This document shows positions 1 through 13,330 of a stretch of 64,000 bases of DNA, one piece after another. The first letter of the stretch is position 1. Every line of letters begins with the position of its first letter. Both the position numbers and the translations under genes were made by a program. The notes under the pieces were generated by a model. That model made no database searches, was not told where the DNA came from, and saw only the letters and a program-made list of their open reading frames with translations. The DNA is taken from NCBI RefSeq assembly GCF_011386835.1, contig NC_088793.1, positions 169,322,001 through 169,386,000 on the forward strand. The letters run 5' to 3'. The DNA is from Chrysemys picta bellii (Eukaryota).

Positions 1-889
1 ATAGGACTGTACAACAAAAAAGTTGCGCGTCATTGCCCGCTACAAATGCTTCCAGAACCTGCTCCTGGAAAGCACTGAGTATCTTCTCATGAATTCACAA
101 AATAAAAACTTTAGCAACTGACACCATTTTATACCAAGATCAAAGTGAACATTAATTTACACAAATAACTCTTAGACATTAACTGATTTCTGTCAATCTT
201 GAGGTCAATCCTTCCAATTTTGGACCCAATCCTGCCACCCTTACTCATGAAATTAGTGCCATTGCCAGCAATGATTTACTGCTGTGAGTAAAGGTTTACA
301 AGAGTGGACCCAAAATGTGGTCTTCATATAACTGTACAGCAAGTAATTTTCACTGTGCTACTCCATTGCTCATGAGCAGAAGGTCTTTTATGGCTCGCTC
401 ATAAGCGTTCCCGCCGTTTTATAGTGCACGTAGTTCTCCTCAACTGCTCTGAATCGTTTTGATACGGTTTTGGCAGCAGGGTCTCATCTAGTGTACCTGA
501 AACAAAGTTCAGACAAGGTTCCCTATTACATCCCCCAATTTAAGACTCCCTTTTCTAACAAGGTCTGACTTTGTGGTTTTAAAACTCTGGTAATAAAATT
601 CTGAGCCCCCAAACACCTCTCTGATCTGGACTGAGAGTGACTTGCGAAAGAGCCATGCAATTCACATCTCCTCCAGTGGCTGAGCCCACCTTTTCCACCA
701 CAGTTCCAGCCTCGACTGTCTCGGGAGCCGGAGGTTAATGGTTGAGAAATGAACTTGTATGTCCTGTATGATAGCACAGATCAATGGTCCATCTCTTGTT
801 AAACTGAACCATCTGGTAAATTATCTACCATACAGGAGCTTTTGTATAGCACCCATTAATATTATATCAAGGTGCTGAACAGAATAGTT

Positions 890-3800
890 AGTTCTTCAAG
901 TGTCTCTGCATATTCTCACTTATGGGCTCTGTGTCACCATGTGGTGCCTTGTGGTAGAGCCTTCTTTTAACAACATCAGCTAGAACACTCTTGCACTCCC
1001 CCCTCCTCTCTTCAGCGTCACTAGTGCTCTAAGAGAAATACTGTATAGGGAGCGGAGCACCCTTACCACCTCAGTTCCTTCCAACTGTGTGCCTGAACAG
1101 ATGTGAACCTTTCCAGTCTCTTGAGAGCTGGAGCCTTTCTCTTCTAGCTAGTTAGTGATAGCTTTGTTAGTGTAGTGTCTCTTCCCAGTTCTGGGTAATG
1201 GTTGAGTCGAAGAAACAGAAAAAGCCAGGATTCAAGCATTGCCTTTCCTGCCCAGTGTCTTCCTGGCATCGGATGACCACAGGCAGTGCCTCAAGTGCCT
1301 GGGAGAAGGATACTCACCTTCTGGATGTTCGGTTTGTCGGACCTTTACTCCCAGAGCCTGCATGGGTAGGAGGATTTGTTTGCAGCTCCTCCTCCTCAAG
1401 AAAGCGCTTGATTCTAGATCCTCTGGATCTGATCAGTCCTCAGATCCAGGGTCTAAGAGGCCAGTCTCAGCTCCTGGGGCTTCCAGTGGCCCCAAGTGAC
1501 TGAAGGGTTCCAAGTAGCTGCAACCCCTGTTTGGGCCAGATTTGATTTCTGCAACTCCCCCAGTCATGCCCCTGAGGCTAACATGTCTGAATCAAGGGCC
1601 ACGTGATTGGTTTGATTGCCCCAGCTCTGGAACGGAGGTTGAGAGATGGTTCGACCACTTTCACCAGAGCCATGCCTCACAACTATTCGATCGTGACAGA
1701 ATCCGTGTGGCCGTGAGACCAGGGTCAGTTCCTACTTCCATTTCAGGATCCAGGATGAGTGATTTGAATGGTGTGTCAGAACCAGGGCTGTCAGCACCTT
1801 CGGTTCTGGCTGTTATGGTTCCAAAGAAAAGGAGACATAGGGATAAAGTAGCCACTGTTGGCAGTGCCAGCTCTCCTGAATCAGAGTTATCAGAGCCTTC
1901 CAGTTCTGACAAAGCAGTCATGGTTCCACATCCAGCTTCGGTAGGAGATGGATTTGTGTATCATGTCAGATCCAATGTCGTCCAAATCTTCAGACCTGCT
2001 GACTATTCCTGCTCCAGTTCCTGGGCTGGTTCTGGTCTCAGGCTCGGTTCTGTAAAGCTCTGCCACTGTGGCAGCCCACGTTCACCCTTTGGCTCTGGTT
2101 CATGCATCAGATCCAAGTGTGAAATGCAACGATTCTAAAAGGAGGCATGTTTCCCCGGTTCTAAAGTCGTCTTCCTCATCTCCTGTTACGAAGAAGAGGC
2201 CAGAAGGTGTCATTTGCCTGTCCCCACAAAGTTGGATCTCCATACATACCTCTGGATCCATTGTTATCCCCAGTGCATTTTATCTCTGATCCAGAGCAGG
2301 ATCCTTACCAGGAGGAAAACAGGGGAAGAATGAACGTGGAAGAAACTTCTCACCTGGTATTTGATATTCTTGGTGCTACTTAAATACAGAATATCCCTAC
2401 CAATTTTGGATGGTTTGCTACAGCTGGCTAAATCTGTGTGCACCATGCCTGTTCCTTGTCAAAATGTTTCTAAGAACGGTCACAAGTTGTATCAGATATT
2501 CTCTGAAGGGTTTTCCTGCTTTCATATGCACCCTAATTCACTGGTGGTGGCTGCTGCCAGAAACAGGAAAAATCTGGACAACCATGCTCCACCCCAGCTG
2601 GCAAGGAAGAGAAAAGATTGATTGGTTGGGGTGAAAGGGGTTCTTTTCATTGTCCTTTGGTATTACGACAGTGAATTCTCAGGTGGTCATGGCTTGCTAC
2701 CAATTCCATCGATGGCGGAAGATAACATTGTTTTTACAAGAATTACCTGACAACAGAAGAAGGTTGGCAAATGTCATTTTAATGTAGGGCCAAAATGTAG
2801 CCAAGCATTCCCGGGGGGCCTTTTTTGATGCTTCAGACTCTGTTGCCAGGGCATTGGTGCCTGCTGTGACCATGAGGAGGCATGCTTGGCTTTTTTCATC
2901 CTCCCTAACTTAAGCGTAAGCCGGAGGAACTCTCCTTTTGAAAAGGGAGGATCTTTTCAGTGATGAAAAGACAAAACACATGCTGGAAAAACTAAAGGAC
3001 ATGAGATTAGACGGCCCAGTTTCTAGGTAGATTCCCTCTGTTAGGAGGAGGCCTTCTACTCCTTTCTGGTACTAGAGACGGTACTAGAGACAGTACTCCC
3101 CAATCTTCATTTTACTTTTCATCCAATCAGAGATGTCAACAATACCAGCAGCCTTCTGCCTTCCAGAATCAACATAGAAAAAGGCCTTTGAAGCCATAGT
3201 TTAAATCTAAACCACGTGCTTCCTCATTAGTGTCTTTGTGGGGGAACAACCAGCAACATTTTTGATAAGATGATCAGGAGTCAAGAAGCAGCACATCAGG
3301 ACCAAACAACCCCTTTCTCTGGAGACAGACTAGCCTGCATTATCAATGCATCAAGGCAAGTTACATAGGATTTATGGGTACTAGAGAGTGTAGCCATACA
3401 GTTTGAAAAACTGCCTCTCCCCAATTCACCCTACCCTTCCCTCTTCAGGGACCCCTCTCATGGGACTATTCTTGCAGAAGTAGAAAAGTTCCTATGGATA
3501 GGAACAGCAGCATGGGGCAGGGATCTCTAGCAGGAGGGTCTCTGCCGATTGAAGTCACTAAAACAGGATTGGGGACTTCAACAGCAGAGTCCAGGGAAGG
3601 GGTAGGGATGGTTTTATGGCCTGCAGCATGCAGGGGGTCAGACCAGATGATCATAATGGTCCCTTCTGACCTTAAAGTCTATGAGTCTATGAGTCTATGA
3701 GTTGAGGAGGTTCCCAAATGCCGGAGGGGTCAGGGCTTTTACTGCTGTTACTTTCTGGTGCAGAGAAATGATGTGTCAGACAAAATCTCTCTAGACTCAA

Positions 3801-4700
3801 GGGACCTGAATAAGTACATTCAGAAGTTTTGGTTCCATAGTACCTTTGCTGTTAGTCATGCAGGGCCAGCTCTAGGCACCAGTAAACCAAGCACATGCTT
3901 GGGGTGGCACATTTTCAAGGGCGTTTTTGTTTGGGGCAGCAAAAAACCTAGAGTCGGCCCTGTAGACATGGATTGGTTTTCAACTCTTGATTTAAAGGAT
4001 GCATATTTTCATATATCGATTCATCACAGTTATCACAATCAAAGCAAGTACCTTTGATTTGTGCTGGTTGAATGCCATTTTCAGTACAGGGTGCTCTCAT
4101 TTGGTCTCTCCACATCACCTGAGAGGGAGTGAATTGAATGTCCTAATGGTTGATCCACCTTTCATTCCTTTTCCTAAGGCCCAGGTAGTTCTCAGACCTG
4201 ATTCTAGATGTTTTCCTGAGCTGGTGTCTGATTTCAACATCAGACAATTAATTTGCCATTTTTTTCTTAAATTGCATTCCAATAGGAGGAATCTGTCCTA
4301 CACATCTTGGATGCCAGAAGGGCCCTAGGATAGAACTACAAGTTTTTGTAAATCGTCTAGATTGTTTGTCTTATGCTAAACACCACATGGGTTATACAGT
4401 TCCTCCACAGATCATGTGTTACTGACTGTTACTAGCAAAAGTTCCTGTATCTACTTTGATTCCACTGCATTCCACTAGAGCTGTAGCTACTTCCTTCACT
4501 TCTCTTAGGCAGGTGCCAGTTGCATCATCAGCAAAATCAATGTAACTGGAGTAGAGTCTCAACTTCAAAAATACCCTTTTTGGTGCCTCACTGGTATACA
4601 TTTCAGCTGTAGATCCTTGGCTTATTACAGTCCATCAGAGAAGTAGTGATTGTTGTGGTCTGAACGCTTCATTGGTTTCATTGATTGTCCATTGCCAAGA
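890..4700 (+). mobile_element. Degenerate DIRS-type (tyrosine recombinase) retrotransposon
   Basis: Fragmented frames in DIRS order. Cys-rich gag N-terminus (GFKHCLSCP / SDDHRQCLKCLGEG..CSVC, 1198-1499). LAP2alpha-like gag stretch (ISLPILDGLLQLAKS; HPNSLVVAA, ~2361-2621). RT motif DLKDAYFHI at 3989-4015. Recombinase-like VVLRPD..FP..VSDF (~4170-4250) and HSTRA (CAT TCC ACT AGA GCT, 4468-4482). Boundaries approximate. Confidence 0.65.
3861..3962. mobile_element. 102-bp non-autonomous hAT-type element (MITE)
   Basis: Termini CAGGGCCAGCTC ... GAGTCGGCCCTG. Flanks TAGTCATG / TAGACATG (8-bp TSD, 7/8 match). Confidence 0.8.
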
Positions 4701-5110
4701 GGAGATCAGGAAACATTTGTGATAAATATTAGTTTAATTAGCACCTTTGATGTCATGGATAGCGAAGCATTGTTAACTTGCTGCAGGATCTTATGCCTAA
4801 AGCCATCCCTTGACTGGTTTTCTTGTTTCCCTTTTTAAAGTTCTGAGTTGTTTAATCACTGAATCTTTCATCTGGTCAACATATATGTGAGATTGCTCGG
4901 TGAGGAGGTGGGGATGGTCTTGGCTGCAATGCCATCAGTATAATGACAACATTCAGCTTTAAATCTTCTGTAATTCCAACTGTGCGGGGTCTCTTCTGTC
5001 TCACAGCGGTTGACTGAGCGAGAAGGCATACTCAGCTGACTGAGGATCACTTCAAATGAGATAGGTATCATGCTGACGGGCAGGGGAAGTGTCACGTGGC
5101 TCTCATGAGG

Positions 5111-5552
5111 CAGGGCCGGCTCTGGCTTTTTGGCCGCCCCAAGCGAAGAAAAAAAAAAAAAACCTGCGGCGCAGCCAGAGCTAGGGTGCAGGGGGACTCC
5201 CTGCGCTGCAGATGTGCCCTGGGGGGGGTGGGGGTGGAAGGGAAAGGAAGTGGGGGGAAGGAGGAGAGAAAGAAAGGGGGCGCTGCCATGCCACGTGGCC
5301 CCTCCACGCGCGCCACCTGCCAGGAGGGCTCCGCGCCGCTCCGCTCGGCTGGGAGGGAAGGACGCGGGCTGCCCTGCCGGGCTTGCTACAGGGCACTCTC
5401 GTCCTCCGTGCCGCCGCCCCCTACAGGGCGGCCGGAGCGGAACAACAACAAAAAAAGCGGCCGTGCCGCCCTACGATTGGGCGGAATGCCGCCTCCTACA
5501 AGCTGCCGCCCCAAGCACCAGCTTGCTCGGCTGGTGCCTGGAGCTGGCCCTG
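5111..5552. mobile_element. Non-autonomous hAT-type element, GC-rich interior
   Basis: Termini CAGGGCCGGCTC ... GAGCTGGCCCTG (11/12 inverted). Flanks TCATGAGG / CATGATGG are an imperfect TSD. Confidence 0.7.
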
Positions 5553-6687
5553 CATGATGGGCTAATGGTGACTGCTTGTTCTATTGAAGGACTGAGCTCA
5601 ACTTTAGTCAATGAAGTTATTTTAGACCTCTGGCTTACTCCTAGCTCTTTTACTCATTGTGTTGGGATAACAGACCTACTTTCACTGCTATAGATGTCAC
5701 TTCAATGATCCATGCCTGTTACCTCCCTGTTAGACTTCTGGAACATGCTGCATACATTGCTACCTTTTGAAAGTCACTCGGAGGCTTCATGAAGTGTTGA
5801 ATGCATCTGCATGTTTGCTTTTCAGGCTGAGTCATCCAGAGCATATCCTGCGTGCTTCAAAGGCTCCATTTGCCTCCTACTTGCTTCTGGGTCCAATTCT
5901 AAGTGTTGGGTTTACTCTTATACCACTCATGAGGCCTACCTAAGAAGCCACCTCTCACTCTGAGCCATTGTGACAGCTGAGATCCATGTATATCTGTTTT
6001 ATACCATGTTTTCTGAGAGTCTTAGATATCAGTTGAGCCATCTCTGCTGGTAATCTTTAGTTTGCGTTCCCTGGACAGTCCTTAGGTCTGGAAATTGCTT
6101 TGTGTACTGGTTAAAACAGGTAGGAAAGGTCACCAGAGTTTGCATTAGTTGACCTTTTAGAGGCTGCTTTTAATTTTGCTTCCACAGAGGTAAAGCCCAT
6201 CTGTTTACCTGGGATTTATCCTGAAGCAGATTAGCCAGAAGGTGGTTTGAACTTTTTTTTGTTACATTCAAGATTGTCAGTTATGTAGAGAGTCTAAATG
6301 TTCCTGGAGGTTATGGCATGTCACATGTTTTTATAAACAAAGGAGCTTTAATACTTAACAATTTATTCACTCTTTGCTTCTAATGTTTCCCATAGAAGCT
6401 TGAAATCAAATGGTATTTACAGTACTTGCTAATGGTTCTAAAGACAAATGGAGTCAATGCTGCTTTGCTCTTTATTCCTCTCTCCGAGTACCAGTATCAC
6501 TGATACAATCGGAGGGAATGCACACAGCTCTGAAAACCTGGCATGGTGCTTACTAGTTAGGTGCCGTTGCAGTGCAGCTAGTTTGAACTCTCACTGTTTC
6601 CAGGTACAAAGCAAAATAGGGACGCTATGGTGGAGTTTTTATTTGGCTTCTCAGCCACCTTGGCGTAGATCAAAATAAAAGGAAAGA

Positions 6688-8391
6688 AATGGCTTTTGTA
6701 AAGGGAAGTCATGTCTCACCAATCTATTAGAATTCTTTGAGGGTGTCAACAAACATGTGGACAGTGGTGATCCAGTTTATATAGTGTACTTGCACTTTCC
6801 AAGCCTTCGACAAGGTCCCTTCCCAACCGCTCTTAAGCAAACTAAACAGTCACAGGATAAGAGGGAAGATCCTCTCATGGATCAGAAATTGGTTAAAAGA
6901 GAGGAAATAAAGGATAGGAATAAATGGTCCATCTTCCCCAGTGAAGAGAGGTAAATAGCAGAGTCCCCCAGGCATCTATACTGTGTGACATTCATAAATG
7001 ATCTGGAAAAGGGGGTGAACAGTGAGATGGCAAGGTTTGCTGATGATAGAAACTTATTCATGATAGTTAAGTACAAAGCTGACTCTGAAGAGTTCCAAAG
7101 GGAACTTATTAGACTGGGTGACAAAATGGCAAATGAAATTCAATGTTAAGTGCAAAGTAATGCATATTGGAAAACATAATCCCAATTACACATACAAAAT
7201 GAGGGGTCTAAATTAAAAAAAAAAAAAAAAAAGGATCTTGGAGTCACTGTGGTTAATTCTCTGAAAACATCTGCTCAATGTGCAGTAGCAGTCACAATAG
7301 CTTTACAATATTAGGGATAGATATGACAAAAACTATCCTAGTTCCACTATATAAATCCATGGTATGCTCGCATCTTGAATACTATTTGCAGTTCTGGTTG
7401 CCCCATCTCAAAAAAGATATAGTAGAATTGGAAAAGGTGCAGAGAAGGGCAATGAAAATGATTAGGGGGATAGAACAGCTTCCATAAGAGGGGAGAATAA
7501 AGAGATTGGTACTGTTCAGTTTAGAAGAGAGACACCTAAGGCCTGGGGATCTGATAGAGGTCTATAAAATCATGAGTAGTGTGGAGAAAGTGAGTAGGAA
7601 AATGTTATTTACCCTTTGCATAATACAAGAACTAGGGGCACCCAATGAAGTTAATAGGCGGCGCATTTAAAAAAACAAATGGAAAAAAGTACTTCACGCA
7701 ACACCCAGTCAACCTGTGGAACTCATTGGTGTCGGATGTTGCAAAGGTTCAGAAAGAATTAGATACATTCATGGAGGATAGGTCCCACGGCCAGCTCTAG
7801 GCACCAGTGCTCCAAGCACGTGCTTGGGGCGGCACTTTCCAAGGGGCAGTACTCCGGCTCCATTTTTTTTTTGCTTGGGGCGCAAAAAGCTGGGAGCCGG
7901 CCCTGAGCAGAGGTGAGCTGCGGCGGTGGGGGGCGCAGGGAGGGCCAGGGGGGGCAGAGGAACCACTCCCTCCCAGCTCATCTCTGCCTCCTCCCCCGAG
8001 TACGCTGCCGCTCCGCTTCTCCCGCCTCCCTCCCAGGCAAGGTAGGAGGGGAAATGCTGCATGCCTGGGGATTTGGGGAAGGGGTTGGAATGGGGCGGGG
8101 AAGGAGCGGAGTTGGGGCGGGGCTGGGGGGCATGGGAAAATTTTTTTGCTTAGGGCAGCAAAAAACGTGGAGCTGGCCCTGATAGGTCCATCAATGGTTA
8201 TTAGCCAAGTTGGTCAGGGATGCTACCCCATGCTGAATCCTCTGACTGCCAGATGCTGAGACTGGATGACAGAGGATGGCTCACCCAAAATTGCCCTGTT
8301 CTTTTCATTTCCTCTGAAGCATCTGGCATGGGCTACTGTCAGGATACTGGGCTAGATGGACCATTGGTCTGCTCTAGCATGACTATTCTTA
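6688..8391 (+). mobile_element. 5'-truncated CR1 LINE (RT C-terminal part plus 3' UTR), decayed
   Basis: Starts at the GFCKGKSCLTNLLEFFEGV-like RT sequence. Contains [29 protein letters not shown]. Ends in the CR1-type 3' UTR (..GGATACTGGGCTAGATGGACCATTGGTCTG..TATTCTT). Interrupted by the 7786-8181 element. Confidence 0.85.
7786..8181. mobile_element. Composite hAT-type non-autonomous element inside CR1
   Basis: Termini CACGGCCAGCTC ... GAGCTGGCCCTG. Perfect 8-bp TSD ATAGGTCC at 7778-7785 and 8182-8189. An additional internal right end GAGCCGGCCCTG ends at 7905. Confidence 0.85.
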
Positions 8392-10524
8392 CTTAGAATT
8401 TGAAGGATAATTCCCTCTCTTGATTTCAGTTTGTAGGTAGGCTGAATTCTCACCTAAGCTAAGGGGTCAATGTCCCTTTAGTACTATTACTCAGTACAGA
8501 ATAGTCTTCTCCTTATTTAATACTGACATGAATTTAAAGAAAGAACTGGCATATTATTGTATAAATTGGTGACTGCTTGTTTCCTAGATTGACTTCTTCT
8601 TTTAAGGACGCCATGTAACGATAGCCTTCCCTTTGCTAAGCAGGGGGATGATCATAAATGTGATTCTTCATCTTGTTAGACAGGGACTTAGTTCTTCCAG
8701 AGCATCCTGTTCTTGGTAGCAGAGGGAGCTCAAGACCCAAATCTGGATCCCCAGCTCTGACACTACAACACCAGGCCAGCCACATAGGAGGTGTCCCATC
8801 TTAAAACTATTAATAGAGCCCAGTATTGCCATTGCCCATGGTTGTATTGTGAGTCTCACACTGTTTGGTGTTTTTCAGGAGCCCCAGTTCCTGGCATCCT
8901 CTGATTGTATGAAAATCACACCTTTCATATAAAAAATGAAAGAAAAAACATTCCACCCCTTATTGCTACATAGAAAAGCTTGAAAATGTGACCTGGCTGC
9001 ACCCTGAAGACCTGGAAACTAAAAAGCAAATAATGATTTCAGTCAATTTCAATATTTTGGGGGGCCTGATTCATGATTTAATTTATATTTAATTAGCATT
9101 ACCATATGGTCTGCTCCTCCATCCTGTAATTCCCTGACTTTTTTCATATACATCAGTATAAATAAGAAATGTATTTCCACCCCCGTTTGGAAATGTCTCT
9201 TGGTTTTGATTTTCCATAAAGATGCTGGTTGATTTCCCCCCAAATTATATGTTTTTACAAGGAGCATCAATATCAGCCATGGGTGGTGATTGTTAGTTTA
9301 AAAAAAAAAAAAAAACGCGTCATGTTCTGCTTTTTCTTTGGGTATGCAACTAATTTTTAGAGGTAGGAAGGAAATTGAAGGTTTCAACTGTATTTTCCAA
9401 AACCCAGCAAATTTAGTCTTTTAGAGAGGAAATAAAATATGTGCAGACAGCACACCACCACTTTACATTAGGGCTGTAATAAGTCTTTGATTTGTATTTA
9501 TTTAAACTTAAAGTAACTCCGCATCAGAATGAAATATTTAAAATGGCTGCTCCCTGCTGGCAGCAGCCATTTTAGGTATACTGCAAAGTACGCTTCCTCA
9601 TATTTCCCAACCTGAACTGCACCCTTCCCTGCTGACCTGGCTCCCTCCTGCTATCCTGGCAGACTCCATACCCACTCCCTCATACTAACTCCAGCTATTT
9701 CCATACCGTAGCGAGTTAGCTGGCATTCACCCAAATGCAAATTCACACTACAGAATGTAGCTTAAAAACAAAACTCCACTACTGGGAATGGTGTCCAGTA
9801 ATAATTGCAATGTGCTGTTTTTAGACACCTAACCAATACACACTATTATTTTTAAAAGCAGAATGGAAATGAATTCCTGTTCTATATTTAGCCACTTCAA
9901 CTAACCTATCCTTTGTACCCAAGTAGTTTGATAGAATCAGTCAGGAGGCCTAAACAAAAATCCTGGACCTGAACACCACTGAACCTTGTGGTGTTTGGAC
10001 TCTGAATCTGGCTCCAGATCCAAATGTTGGGGATGGCTTGATCTCTTCACTGAATGTTACTTTCACTTTCTGCTCCAAAATACACTCGCCATTTTTGACT
10101 TATGGGTTTAATATTTTTGACTCTCAGTTGTGTGTGTGTGTCTCTCTCTCTCATTATTTTCTCCTAAAACTGTATTTTGTATTGAAACAAAAATGAAATC
10201 TGGTACCTTTTTCTTTCTGACTATTTGTGCGCTAGCATCTTCCATGATATCTCAGTACAACTCTGGGAAGAGGGGTGAGTAGTATAAATTAACCTGTTCC
10301 TCTGATGGCTGGCTAATTCTGATGCACAGCACAAAATATTGTAGGCCACAAAACAAGCATTAACTATTATTTTAGTTTTGCTAGCTATAGATTGGTGGAT
10401 TATTTATTTTAAATAGCTATTTTAAATGGGAAGTACATTTTTCAATGGATAACAACACTGTTTCTACAATCACTGTTCTAATCAAACAGACATAGATGGA
10501 GAAACTGCCATGTCAGCATGTTAC

Positions 10525-10771
10525 CTCAAAAAGCCAGACAAAGAGGACAACACCACCCATGGAACTCATCATGCTGCTGTAGTAGAGCAGAAGTGCCTCC
10601 CTGCAGCCGCGGTTCCACAGGTTGAGCTCCTCTGTTTGGTAGTCGTAGCTGTAGTGAGCCGAGTTGTTAGTGACTTGGTACTGGATGCAGGGTCTTGGGG
10701 AACTGGGGTTGCAGCAACTGAAGGGGACTCCGTCAACCAAGTACCTTCCATCCACATTGCTTTTAATTCGA
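10525..10771 (-). CDS. PRPH2: Peripherin-2 coding exon 2 (247 bp)
   Basis: Encodes (D)[77 protein letters not shown], the tetraspanin D2 loop and TM4. Acceptor ttcatag| and donor GAG|gtaa. Phase matches exon 1. Confidence 0.97.
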
Positions 10772-11663
10772 CTATGAACAGGCAAAGGGCAGAAGAAAGT
10801 GTAAATACATAGATAATATTCAGCTGAGTGGTTCCCCCTTTCTCATGTATTAAAATTCTCAAAGGCAAGATAATTTCCCCAGAGTTTTATGATCATGCAC
10901 TTTCTAAAGATGCTGCCTACATCCTCCATATATACACTCATGTACACTTACCATGAAAAGCCTGAACCTATTTTTCCTCTCCATAGACCTAGGCCTCTTG
11001 TTTGTTGAAATAGCAACATTCCAGCTCCAGTAATAAGGGAAATTAAACAATGTTAAAGACAGAGGTAAATTTCATGAGAGGCAATCAAAAAGGATTACTA
11101 CAATCCATGGCCATGGATAAAGATCTACCCCAGTCACTGGGGCAGTCGTACCCAACAAGACCACTAATCCATCATCTTTTCTTTGACAATGGCCAATAGT
11201 AGGGTATAGTAATTAACTTAAGTGAAAGTTACCCAGGATTTAAAATAAGTGTGCTTTAGCAATGAGATGCACAAGAGTGTTTGAAGTCTGTGCAGGAGCT
11301 ATTGACCTGTTGTACTCCATTTTTGAGTTCAGCACTCAATAAAATAACCATTTCATCTAATTATTTGTGCCTCAGTGTGTCCAGCTAGATATTTATAGAG
11401 CACCCAATCACTGTAAATATCTGTGCCCGTTTCCACCAAAAATTGAGAAGGGCAAAAATACTTTGAGGGCTGGGACTCAAGGTGGGGTTATTTGCTGATC
11501 TAACACCTTAACATTTGGTGCCCACATGAAACAGACTTTGACATGCGAAGTGTGTAAAAATCTTTTGGGAAATTTTAAAACCCTGAAATATCCTCCTCCA
11601 TCACCTATAACAGCCAATGAGGGCTATATTTTCATAGCTGTACTCCATGAGGGTGACTGCAAA

Positions 11664-11664
<1 letters not shown>

Positions 11665-11694
<30 letters not shown>
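11665..11694. repeat. (TG)15 microsatellite
   Basis: Read directly from sequence, in PRPH2 intron 1. Confidence 0.95.
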
Positions 11695-11696
<2 letters not shown>

Positions 11697-13129
11697 CTGA
11701 CAGCCAAATGGGTAGCAGCATGCCCAAATGAATGGGTTTGTAGGTGCAAAGCTTTGAAACCATAGCCTAAATGTCTCTGAATACCAAACAGAATCCAGTT
11801 CTGAATGTAGCATGTTTAGGTTCTGTTCTAACTCCCATTGAAACGAACACCCAGAATCCTATTCATTTCAGTAGACCATGAAGCATGTTTAAAAAGAAAA
11901 ATCAGATGCTGTGTGAAATCCTAGCTCCATTGAAATCAATAGGAGATTTGCCGTTGACGTCAGTGAGGCCTGGATTTCACCCTAGATACACATCCTGTGA
12001 CTTTACTGAGTCCTCTGCAATACACACTTCTGAATTAAAGATCAGAATTGGGCCAACAGACTCAACCTGGTGGGTAGCTGAATTCTTTTTTTAAATTATT
12101 TTACTTCCCACCCGAGTGTTGGGCAAGTCTACAAGACCCTATTTTTTAAACACAACATAATCCTGTTTTCTCCCAGTACTTTGCCCTTCTGTTGTTGATG
12201 GATTAAGTTACAGCTCACAAATCTTCAGATAATGCTAGCAGGGCGAACATCTCATTATGCTTTCAAGTAGTTATTTATATCTAAGGACATTTTCCGCAAC
12301 TCAAAGTGCTCCCAGGTTAAACAACAAATAAAAAGTGTCTTTGTTATAATGTCACAGTTCAAAATGCTACAGAATAATAGTTGTGTGTCTTCAAGATTTT
12401 AAAAAGCAGCCAAAATAGCAAGCAAGCAAACAACAGATCACTCAGGGATCTGGCTTGGTGCATGTGAGAACATATATATATTTTTTTAAATCACTTCAGT
12501 CATTTAAAGTTACATAAATTATTTTTAAAAAGACTTTCTGGCTTAAGGCATTCTTTGTGAATCAGTAAAACATTATAAATTGATTACATTTTAATGAAAA
12601 TTCCTAGGCTACTGTTCTTAAATATTTAACTTAGCAAAGAAGTTGCTGGGTGTTCACACTGACATCTTTTTTTAATTCAAAAGTTAGTTTGTTTGCATTT
12701 TTTTTTAAGAGTGGAATTTATGTGCCTGAATTGATCTGGAGATTAAGACCTTCCTATACAGTGACTTCCAAGCCATTAAGGTGTTTCTGGTCAATAATCT
12801 GTTCCGTTTTCTATGAAATACTGGAGCCATATGAGGTCAACATGAACTTAACAGCAGTGTGTCGTATACGTTCACCGAGATCTCAAGGACATATTTATTT
12901 TATAAAAGAAAAACAGCAAACAACATTAAGGGCTGGTTGATTTTAGTTTTCATTTGGTCTGAAGTATCACCAAAGTCTGAAGTAAATTAATAAAAGGATT
13001 GCTGTGTCCTCATTTCAGATTCTTGGAGTGATCTCATGTAACTTTTACCAAAATTCAGTGGAGGTTTGACAATTTACCCTAGTTGATGGTTTGCCCCCTG
13101 TACCAGAGCTGTAGCCATTAAAGTGCAGC

Positions 13130-13330
13130 ACTGGGAACCCCAGACAACTGTAGTCTACTCCTGGCTCTGTCAATGACTCACCAGGTGTCCTTTGGCAAGT
13201 CACTTAACCTCTCTGTTTCAGTTTCCATAACTGTAAGTAAGGATTATTTTTCCCAATGTATGCACCTTCCTTGTAGGAATGGTGTGAAGGTAAAGTCCCT
13301 AAGGTTTGCAAAAACAGTTTAAATACTTAG
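13130..13330 (+). mobile_element. Old CORE-SINE (MIR-like) relic
   Basis: Contains GGCAAGTCACTTAACCTCTCTGTTTCAGTTTCC, resembling the MIR core. Boundaries approximate. Confidence 0.5.

Noticed and set aside
5096-5693. GC-rich ORFs of 117-187 aa (also 7769-8259 and 17273-18499)
   Set aside because: They lie within hAT MITEs or cross TE junctions, have low-complexity translations, and are not genes.
4850-6400. Possible second DIRS RT/RNase H relic
   Set aside because: Only faint motif resemblance was seen (e.g. near 6325-6350), too decayed to call by eye.
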